A stretch of 64,000 nt of DNA, from contig VGBL01000006.1 in NCBI GenBank assembly GCA_016870515.1, positions 38-64,037 on the forward strand. Direction: 5' to 3'. Below the pieces are notes generated by a model. That model was not told the DNA's origin, ran no database searches, and saw nothing but the letters and a program-made list of their open reading frames with translations. Shown here in pieces: positions 57,340-64,000 of the stretch (position 1 is the stretch's first letter; each line of letters starts with the position of its first letter). The DNA is from Actinomycetota bacterium (GTDB lineage: Bacteria; Actinomycetota; Actinomycetes; S36-B12). Made by a program: the position numbers and the translations under genes.

Positions 57340-59874
57340 TCAGGCGGCGACCGGAGCAAAGGCGTAGGTGGTCGTTCGCTGACGGGCCGGACGCCCCGCG
57401 CTGGCGATGAGCTGCCGGATCTGCTGGGGGGTGCGGGAGGACCCGTGGGCCGAGCCCGCCATGCGACTGATGGTCTCCTCCATCAGGGTGCCACCGATGT
57501 CGTCGACGCCTGCCGACAGCATCACGCGGGTGCCCTCGTCGCCGAGCTTGACCCACGAGCACTGGACGTGGTCGATGGCGCCATGCAGCATGATGCGAGC
57601 CATCGCGTGCACCGCGAGATTGTCGCGAGCTGTTGGCCCTGGTCGCGCTGCGCCCGCGAGGTAGAGCGGCGCATTGTGGTGGACGAAGGGCAGTCCCACG
57701 AATTCGGTGAATCCCCCGGTGCGCTCTTGGATGCCGCGTAGCACGCGCAGGTGTGCCACCCAATGGGCCGGATTGTCGACATGGCCGTACATCATCGTCG
57801 AGCTCGAGCGCAGTCCCACTTCGTGCGCCGTTGTGACGATGTCGATCCACGCCGCGGCTGGCAGCTTGCCCTTGGTGAGGATCCACCTGACGTCGTCGTC
57901 GAGGATCTCCGCCGCCGTGCCCGGGATGGAGTCCAGGCCCGCCTCGCGGGCCGCGATGAGCCACTCGCGCGGGGAGAGCCCGCTGCGAGCCGCACCGTTG
58001 GCCACCTCCATGGGGCTGAAGGCGTGTAGGTGGATGTCCGGGGCCGCCGATTTCACGGCCCGAGCGAGATCCAGGTAGGCCGTGCCCGGCAGGTCGGGGT
58101 GGATGCCGCCCTGCATGCAGATCTCGGTGGCCCCCGCGGCCCGGGCCTCGCGAACGCGGTCGGCCACCTCGTCGAGCGACAGGGTGTAGGCGTCGACATC
58201 CTGCGCCCGCTGGGCGAAGGCGCAGAAGCGGCAGCCGGTATAGCAGACGTTGGTGAAGTTGATGTTGCGGTTGACGACATAGGTCACCTCGTCACCGACC
58301 ACCTGGCGACGGAGGTCGTCGGCCAAGGCGACGACCTCATCGAGCGCCGATCCCTCCGCCGACATCAGGGCGACAGCGTGCGCGTGGGCATCGTCTCGGG
58401 CAAGGGCAGCCGGGTCTCGGTGAGCGAGGTCGAGGGCCGCGCGTACGTCGGACGTGAGTCGCTCCGGCGCGGCCGAGGCGGCGACACGCTCGCGGATCTC
58501 GGCCCAATCGCCGTAGACGTCCTCGAAGTCCGCGCGTCGGTCCGAGCGGCGCCCCTGCGTGTCGATGGCCGTATGCAGGTCGACGCGACCGCCGGCCTGG
58601 CGGCGGGCGAAGTCGGCGTACGCGTCCTGGTCGTCATCGGGTTCCTGCCAGGGACGCCCCGCCGCGCGTGCGCCTTCGGCGACCAGTCCGTCGGCAGCGG
58701 CCAGTGCGTCGACATGGCCGCGCAGGCGCGGGTCGATCCAGGTCTCGGCCATCACGTAGGGCGGATGGGCGGTCAGGCGCGGGCGCAGGGCGAAGCCCGC
58801 ATCGGCAGTGCGCGCCCGCAACTCCTCCAGATGGGGCCACGGCCTCTCGGGATTCACGTGATCGGGTGTCAATGGACTCACGCCGCCCCAGTCGTCGACA
58901 CCGGCCGCGAGAAGCGCCGCGAGGTCGTCGCCCTCCGACAGATTGGGCGGTGCCTGCAGACGCATGGCCGGACCCAGGATGATCCGCGCTGTCGCCAGCG
59001 TCGCGAGGTAGTCGTCGCGATCGAGGTCGGGCACCTCGCGCATCGCGGTGTCGCCCTTGGCGCGGAAGTTCTGGACGATGACCTCCTGCACGTGCCGATG
59101 CCTGCGATGCGAGGCGCGGATGGCGAAAAGTGCGTCGATGCGCTCGGCCGGGGTCTCGCCGATGCCCACCAGGATGCCGGTGGTGAAGGGGATGGTGAGC
59201 CGGCCGGCATCCTCGAGCACGCGCAGCCGGACCGCCGGCTCCTTGTCGGGGCTGCCGAAATGCGGGGAGCCGGGCTCGGCCCACATCCGCTGCGAGGTCG
59301 TCTCGACCATCATGCCCATGCTCGGGGCGACCGGCCGCAGGCGACGCATCTCCTCCCAAGACATCACGCCCGGGTTGAGGTGCGGGAGCAGCCCGGTCTC
59401 CTCGAGCACGCGAATCGACATGGCGCGCACGTATGACAGCGTGCTGTCGTATCCGGCCTCGTCGAGCCACGCGCGGGCGGCCGGCCAGCGGTACTCGGGT
59501 CGATCGCCGAGGGTGAACAGTGCCTCGGCACAGTCGGCGTCGGCACCCGCCTGCGCGATCGCGACAACCTCGTCGGGTGAGAGGTAGGGGGCCGGCAATC
59601 GATGCGGAACCGTGGCGAAGGTGCAGTAGTGGCACCGGTCGCGGCACAGGCGCGTCAGGGGAATGAAGACCTTGGGCGAAAAAGTGACGACCCCCTGGCG
59701 GCCCGCCTCGGCCAGGCCTCGGTCGCGGAGTTCGGCGGCCACCGCCATGAGGTCGACGAGAGCCTCGCCGCGGGCGGCAAGGAGCGCGGTGGCCTCGTCG
59801 GGGGTGAGGGTGGCGCCTCGGCGGGCGCGGGCGAGGGAACGGCGTACCTCTCCCGCGGTTGCCTTGGGCTCCAC
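57340..59874 (-). CDS. fbiC: Bifunctional FO synthase FbiC (CofG+CofH fusion; 7,8-didemethyl-8-hydroxy-5-deazariboflavin synthase)
   Basis: 844 aa with two radical-SAM CxxxCxxC motifs ([10 protein letters not shown] and [10 protein letters not shown]). Confidence 0.95.
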   Translation of the reverse strand: MEPKATAGEVRRSLARARRGATLTPDEATALLAARGEALVDLMAVAAELRDRGLAEAGRQGVVTFSPKVFIPLTRLCRDRCHYCTFATVPHRLPAPYLSPDEVVAIAQAGADADCAEALFTLGDRPEYRWPAARAWLDEAGYDSTLSYVRAMSIRVLEETGLLPHLNPGVMSWEEMRRLRPVAPSMGMMVETTSQRMWAEPGSPHFGSPDKEPAVRLRVLEDAGRLTIPFTTGILVGIGETPAERIDALFAIRASHRRHRHVQEVIVQNFRAKGDTAMREVPDLDRDDYLATLATARIILGPAMRLQAPPNLSEGDDLAALLAAGVDDWGGVSPLTPDHVNPERPWPHLEELRARTADAGFALRPRLTAHPPYVMAETWIDPRLRGHVDALAAADGLVAEGARAAGRPWQEPDDDQDAYADFARRQAGGRVDLHTAIDTQGRRSDRRADFEDVYGDWAEIRERVAASAAPERLTSDVRAALDLAHRDPAALARDDAHAHAVALMSAEGSALDEVVALADDLRRQVVGDEVTYVVNRNINFTNVCYTGCRFCAFAQRAQDVDAYTLSLDEVADRVREARAAGATEICMQGGIHPDLPGTAYLDLARAVKSAAPDIHLHAFSPMEVANGAARSGLSPREWLIAAREAGLDSIPGTAAEILDDDVRWILTKGKLPAAAWIDIVTTAHEVGLRSSSTMMYGHVDNPAHWVAHLRVLRGIQERTGGFTEFVGLPFVHHNAPLYLAGAARPGPTARDNLAVHAMARIMLHGAIDHVQCSWVKLGDEGTRVMLSAGVDDIGGTLMEETISRMAGSAHGSSRTPQQIRQLIASAGRPARQRTTTYAFAPVAA

Positions 59875-59880
59875 CGTGAC

Positions 59881-59886
59881 ACTCTA
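59881..59886 (-). promoter_or_regulatory. -10-like hexamer TAGAGT 6 nt upstream of fbiC GTG (leaderless-type), overlapping the fbiA ATG
   Basis: The minus strand reads TAGAGT-gtcacg-GTG(59874). Confidence 0.3.
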
Positions 59887-60896
59887 TGCGCATGCCCTCG
59901 ACCTCCGCCGCTCCACGGCGCATCACCGCGCTGGCTGGCGGCATCGGCGGTGCTCGCTTCGTGCGCGGGCTGATCGCGGCCGCGCCCGGGGCCGAGGTCA
60001 CCGTGATCGGCAACACCGGCGACGACATCTGGATCCATGGTCTGCGCGTGTGCCCCGACCTCGATACCGTGATGTACACCCTCGGGGGCGGCATCAGCGA
60101 GGAGCGCGGCTGGGGGCGCGAGGACGAGACCTTCACCGTCAAGGATGAACTCGCCGCCTACGGTGTCGAGCCCGCGTGGTTCGGGCTCGGCGATCGCGAT
60201 ATCGGCACCCACCTGGTGCGCACGCAGATGCTCAACGCCGGCTACCCGCTCTCGGCGGTCACCCAGGCGCTGTGCGCTCGATGGCAGCCCGGGGTGCGGC
60301 TGCTGCCCATGACCGACGAGCGTGCCGAGACGCACGTGGTTGTCAATGTGCGCGACGGAGACGGACGTCGCGCCATCCACTTCCAGGAGTGGTGGGTGCG
60401 CTATCAGGCCCGCCTCGAGGCGCACGCGATCGTGCTCGTGGGCGCCGACGACGCCAAGCCGGGTCCGGGTGTCGTCGAGGCCATCGAGGGTGCCGACGTC
60501 GTCGTACTCCCGCCGTCCAACCCCGTGGTCTCCATCGGCACCATCCTGCAGGTGCCCGGGATCCGCGAGTCCTTGCTGCGTACGCCGGCGCCGGTCGTCG
60601 GCGTCTCCCCCATCGTCGGCGGGCGTCCCGTGCGCGGGATGGCTGACGCATGCCTGACCGCCATAGGGGTCCAGACGACTGCCGCGGCGGTCGCGGCGCA
60701 CTACGGATCGAGAAGCTCAGGCAGCGGCATCCTCGACGGTTGGCTCGTCGACACCTCCGACCGCGATGCCGTGGCCGCGGTGGAGGCGTTGGGCATCGCC
60801 TGCGAGTCGCGGCCACTTCTGATGTCCGACCTGTTGTCCACGACGGCGATGGCGACCGCTGCCCTCGCCCTCGCCGAGCACAACGCCGTGCCGTGA
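59886..60896 (+). CDS. fbiA: 2-phospho-L-lactate transferase (CofD/FbiA)
   Basis: 336 aa. [13 protein letters not shown] and [27 protein letters not shown] are present. Confidence 0.93.
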   Translation: MRMPSTSAAPRRITALAGGIGGARFVRGLIAAAPGAEVTVIGNTGDDIWIHGLRVCPDLDTVMYTLGGGISEERGWGREDETFTVKDELAAYGVEPAWFGLGDRDIGTHLVRTQMLNAGYPLSAVTQALCARWQPGVRLLPMTDERAETHVVVNVRDGDGRRAIHFQEWWVRYQARLEAHAIVLVGADDAKPGPGVVEAIEGADVVVLPPSNPVVSIGTILQVPGIRESLLRTPAPVVGVSPIVGGRPVRGMADACLTAIGVQTTAAAVAAHYGSRSSGSGILDGWLVDTSDRDAVAAVEALGIACESRPLLMSDLLSTTAMATAALALAEHNAVP

Positions 60897-62248
60897 CCGA
60901 GCACCTGCAGGTTACGGCCATCCCGGGACTGCCCGAGTTCGGCGCCGGCGACAACCTTGCCGCGTGCATTGCGACGCAGGCCTCAGCCACGACGTGGCCG
61001 GATGCCTCGACCGGGCTGCGGGATGGCGATGTCGTCGTCGTCACGAGCAAGGTGGTGAGCAAGGTCGAGGGTCGGGCGATCCCTGCGGCCGACCGCGATG
61101 CAGCGCTCCAGGCACAGACCGCGGACGTCGTCGCGGTGAAGTTGACCCCGCGCGGCGAGACCCGGATCGTGCGCACCCACCACGGCCTCGTGCTCGCTGC
61201 CGCGGGGATCGATGCCAGCAATGCTGTCGACGGCACCGTGCTGCTGCTGCCCGTCAACCCGGATGCCTCCGCGCGCGACCTGCGCGCGCGTTTGCGCGCG
61301 GTGCTGGGAGTGCATGTCGCGGTCATCATCACCGACACCCTGGGCCGCGCCTGGCGCGACGGGCTAACGGATTGCGCCATCGGTGCAGCGGGCCTGCGCG
61401 TCCTCGACGATCAGCGCGGCACGCTCGACACCAGCGGTCGCCCGATGGAGGCCACCGTCATCTCCATCGCCGACGAGGTCGCTGCTGCCGCTGACCTGGT
61501 CAAGGGCAAGACTCACGGGCTTCCCGTCGCGGTCATCCGCGGCCTCGGAGGCTTCGTCACCGACGACGACGGGCCCGGTGCCGCCGCAATGGTGCGCCCA
61601 CCCGAGGAAGATCTCTTCCCACTGGGCACAGCGGAGGCGCGCACCGAGGGTCGCCGCGATGCCGTGCGGCGGCGGCGTACCGTCCGCGGATTCACCCAAG
61701 ACCCCATCGATACTTCACTCATCGACACCGCGATCGCCGACGCCATCACGGCACCCGCACCGCACCACTCAACCCCGTGGCGCTTCCTCGTCATCGTGGA
61801 TTCCCGGGTGCGAAGCCGGCTGCTCGACGCCATGCGAACGCGCTGGATCGACGACCTGCGCACGCGCGACGGCTTCGACGAAGCCGCCATTGAGCGCCGG
61901 GTCGCACGCGGCGACATCCTGCGCCGGTGTCCGGGCCTGGTGCTTGCGTTTGTCGACCTCGCGGCCGGTGCCCACGACTACCCCGACCCTGAGCGATCGG
62001 CCGCCGAGCGTGACCTCTTCCTCGTCTCCGGCGGTGCAGCCGTGCAAAACCTGCTCATCTCCCTCGCGGCCCACGGACTCGGCGGGGCATGGATCTCCTC
62101 GACGATGTTCTGCGCCGATGTGGTGCGCGATGTCCTCGACCTGCCGGGGAGCTGGCTGCCCCTCGGTGCTATCGCCGTCGGCTATCCGGCGGATAATCCG
62201 ACGCCCCGCACACCTCGCGATCCAGCCGAGTTCACCCAGCGCCGCTAG
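60893..62248 (+). CDS. fbiB: Coenzyme F420-0:L-glutamate ligase / dehydro-F420-0 reductase FbiB (CofE + nitroreductase domains)
   Basis: GTG 60893 overlaps the fbiA stop (GTGA). [14 protein letters not shown] and AAGIDASN form the CofE part. The C-terminal nitroreductase-like part reads RRTVRGF...STPWRF. Confidence 0.92.
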   Translation: MTEHLQVTAIPGLPEFGAGDNLAACIATQASATTWPDASTGLRDGDVVVVTSKVVSKVEGRAIPAADRDAALQAQTADVVAVKLTPRGETRIVRTHHGLVLAAAGIDASNAVDGTVLLLPVNPDASARDLRARLRAVLGVHVAVIITDTLGRAWRDGLTDCAIGAAGLRVLDDQRGTLDTSGRPMEATVISIADEVAAAADLVKGKTHGLPVAVIRGLGGFVTDDDGPGAAAMVRPPEEDLFPLGTAEARTEGRRDAVRRRRTVRGFTQDPIDTSLIDTAIADAITAPAPHHSTPWRFLVIVDSRVRSRLLDAMRTRWIDDLRTRDGFDEAAIERRVARGDILRRCPGLVLAFVDLAAGAHDYPDPERSAAERDLFLVSGGAAVQNLLISLAAHGLGGAWISSTMFCADVVRDVLDLPGSWLPLGAIAVGYPADNPTPRTPRDPAEFTQRR

Positions 62249-62274
62249 ACCCACCCCACCCGACGGCCTGCGGA

Positions 62275-63351
62275 CTAGGCGTCGGAGGAGAACCGCACGG
62301 ATGTCTCGCCCAGCTGCGTGCCGGGCCAGACGCGCACACCATGCCGCAACTCGTTGCGGGCCCCGATCACGGCGTCATCGCCGATGACCGCTCCCACCAC
62401 GGTGGCTCCCTCGCCGATGCGCACGCGCTCCCCGATCACGGAATCGATGACCGCAGCACCCGCCTCGACCACGGCGCCGTCCATCAGCACCGATCCCTCG
62501 ATCACTGCATCGCCTATGACGCGCACACCACGGCCGACCGTCGTGCCGTGGCCGATCACGGCCTGATCGGACACCTCAGCACCATCGAGCAGCAGGTAGG
62601 GAGCGGGCCGGTGGCCCGCCCACGGCGCGATCCCGCGGACCAGGTCGGCCGATCCCTTCACGAAGTCCCACGGCGTGCCCAGATCCAGCCAGTACGCATC
62701 GTCGACGACACCGCGTACGAGGACGCCATTGTCGAGCAGCGCGGGAAAGGTCTCGCGCTCCACAGAGACCGGCCGGCCGGCCGGGATCTCGTCGATGACC
62801 GAGCGGGTGAAGACGTAGCAGCCAGCGTTGACCTGGTCGGTAACGATCTCCTCGGGCATCTGCGGCTTCTCGCGGAAGGCGAGCACTTGCCCGTCGTCGC
62901 CGGTCGGCACGAGCCCGTAGGCGGTCGGGTCGTCGACGCGCGTGAGGTGCAGCGTGAGCGCAGCGCCCCAGTCGACGTGACCGGCCAGGAGCGCGCGATA
63001 GTCCACGCCGCTCAGCACGTCGCCGTTGAGCACCATGACCGGATCGTCCGGGCCGCAGGTGAGGAGGTCGGCAGCATTGCGGATCGCACCGCCGGTGCCC
63101 AGGGGCTGGGCCTCGACGGCGTAGGCGATCTCCACTCCCAGGTCGCTGCCATCGCCCAGGCGCTCGGCGAATACCTCGGCGCGGTACGACGTGCCGAGCA
63201 CCACGCGAGTCACTCCGGCGTCGCGCGCGCGCTCGATCTGATGGATGGTCACCGGCACGCCCGCCACCGGCAGCATCGGCTTGGGCGTCGAGATCGTCAG
63301 CGGACGAAGTCGGGTCCCCTGGCCCCCCACGAGAAGGATCGCCTCGGTCAT
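62275..63351 (-). CDS. manC: Mannose-1-phosphate guanylyltransferase / NDP-sugar pyrophosphorylase with C-terminal left-handed beta-helix
   Basis: MTEAILLVGGQGTRLRPLT is followed by C-terminal hexapeptide repeats. It holds the Rv3264c-like position. ATG 63351 is preferred over GTG 63369. Confidence 0.85.
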   Translation of the reverse strand: MTEAILLVGGQGTRLRPLTISTPKPMLPVAGVPVTIHQIERARDAGVTRVVLGTSYRAEVFAERLGDGSDLGVEIAYAVEAQPLGTGGAIRNAADLLTCGPDDPVMVLNGDVLSGVDYRALLAGHVDWGAALTLHLTRVDDPTAYGLVPTGDDGQVLAFREKPQMPEEIVTDQVNAGCYVFTRSVIDEIPAGRPVSVERETFPALLDNGVLVRGVVDDAYWLDLGTPWDFVKGSADLVRGIAPWAGHRPAPYLLLDGAEVSDQAVIGHGTTVGRGVRVIGDAVIEGSVLMDGAVVEAGAAVIDSVIGERVRIGEGATVVGAVIGDDAVIGARNELRHGVRVWPGTQLGETSVRFSSDA

Positions 63352-63408
63352 GCCGTCATCCCACCACACTCACGGGTCCCCTTCGGACGCCCCGTCGGTC
63401 AGCAATGC

Positions 63409-63440
63409 GAAGGGGCCCCGGCATGCACCGGGGCCCCTTC
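63409..63440. terminator. 13-bp perfect GC-rich hairpin downstream of the glycine-betaine binding protein gene
   Basis: GAAGGGGCCCCGG-catgca-CCGGGGCCCCTTC. There is no clear U-tract, as is common in actinobacteria. Confidence 0.6.
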
Positions 63441-63456
63441 ACGTGTCGCTATCGGG

Positions 63457-64000
63457 TCAGGACGCGCCGGTGCCCTCGAGCCACTGGGCGACGATTTCCG
63501 GGTGAGCGTCGATCCACTTCTTCGCGGCTTCCTCGGGTGACATGCCACCCTCGATATCGGCTGCGATCGAGTTCTGATCCTCATTGGTCCAGACGAAGTT
63601 CGTCACGAGCGTGGCGAAGGGGCTGCCTGAGTCCATCAGCTTGCTGCTCGCCAGCTTGATGAGGGGAAGCTCGGGGTAGTCGGTGAGGCCGCTAGCCTCT
63701 GCCGCATCACTCCAGTCGTTGGCGGGGAAGTTGACGCGGCAGACATCGGCGTTTGCCATGTAGTACCAGGGCTCCCACCCGTAGGCGATGACCGGCGTCT
63801 TGTTTTCGATTCCCTTGTTGAGGGCCTCGATGAGGGCTGCCTCGGAGCCGGTGTAGATGGCCTTGAAGTTCAGGCCGTTGGCCTCGATGAGCTTTTCGCC
63901 GATCGTGGTGTATCCGGGCGGTCCCTCGAGCCATGCACCCTTGTCGCCCGACTCCGCCGTCTTGAACAGGTCGGCGTACTCGTTGAGGTTTGCACCGTCA
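63457..64000 (-). CDS. Glycine betaine/proline betaine ABC transporter substrate-binding protein, C-terminal part (gene continues beyond window end)
   Basis: The frame stays open from 64000 through ...KTPVIAYGWEPWYYMANADVCRVNFP...MSPEEAAKKWIDAHPEIVAQWLEG. The ORF-track Met at 63759 is internal. Confidence 0.85.
   Translation of the reverse strand, partial: DGANLNEYADLFKTAESGDKGAWLEGPPGYTTIGEKLIEANGLNFKAIYTGSEAALIEALNKGIENKTPVIAYGWEPWYYMANADVCRVNFPANDWSDAAEASGLTDYPELPLIKLASSKLMDSGSPFATLVTNFVWTNEDQNSIAADIEGGMSPEEAAKKWIDAHPEIVAQWLEGTGAS

Noticed and set aside
58030-59436. 468-aa ORF on the plus strand
   Set aside because: It is antisense to fbiC, a shadow ORF.
62341-63540. 399-aa ORF on the plus strand
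   Set aside because: It is antisense to manC, a shadow ORF.

Overview
This is a very GC-rich, gene-dense core chromosomal region of an actinobacterium (Actinomycetota). The genus cannot be assigned from the sequence alone. I support about 65 protein genes, 2 tRNAs (Gln-TTG, Ala-CGC) and 1 clear pseudogene. I saw no rRNA, CRISPR array, transposase, integrase or phage gene. The window is three blocks, each collinear with a known M. tuberculosis neighbourhood. Block (i), 0.2-24 kb, carries ppx, DUF501, ftsB, eno, DUF885, mazG, a lipoprotein, mfd, cysQ, pth, rplY, prs, glmU and tRNA-Gln on the minus strand. It continues with a desaturase plus TetR, MarR, ispE-rsmA-tatD-metG-rsmI, divergent pmt, an orphan secreted protein and tRNA-Ala (Rv1002c-Rv1026-like). 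Block (ii), 24-33 kb, carries a SepX/GlpR-like membrane protein, rimJ-like GNAT, moaC, moeA, galU, divergent 5-formyl-THF cyclo-ligase, two crcB genes behind an ABC-2 exporter, a CIRCE-controlled Ruc-like zinc-ribbon gene, a SAF-domain gene and mscL (Rv0985c-Rv0996-like). A class-III aminotransferase and a three-gene coupled operon of unknown role follow at 33-37 kb. Block (iii), 37-64 kb, carries a sulfotransferase coupled to secA, an orphan atypical LuxR regulator, comF, divergent ahcY-CPBP-mtrA-mtrB-lpqB, a CDF transporter pseudogene, manA, trm112, manB, DUF3499, a DUF5719-like gene, a giant membrane GT2, whiB, fbiC, divergent fbiA-fbiB, manC and the 3' part of a glycine-betaine binding protein (Rv3240c-Rv3265c-like). 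Many long ORFs in the track are antisense or out-of-frame shadows typical of high-GC DNA, and I trimmed several real genes to internal starts supported by 4-nt ATGA/GTGA overlaps. I found no convincing stand-alone novel system such as a defence island or mobile element. The items most worth a second look are: the whiB-linked giant GT2 / DUF5719-like / DUF3499 module embedded in mannose-activation genes; the MoeA (gephyrin-like) plus SepX/GlpR-like neighbourhood; a perfect CIRCE operator on a Ruc-like gene; an apparent inversion of the ahcY-lpqB block ending at a truncated CDF pseudogene; a sulfotransferase translationally coupled to secA; and an orphan cysteine-rich secreted protein cassette beside tRNA-Ala. 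All functional calls rest on my reading of the translated sequences; no database search was run.
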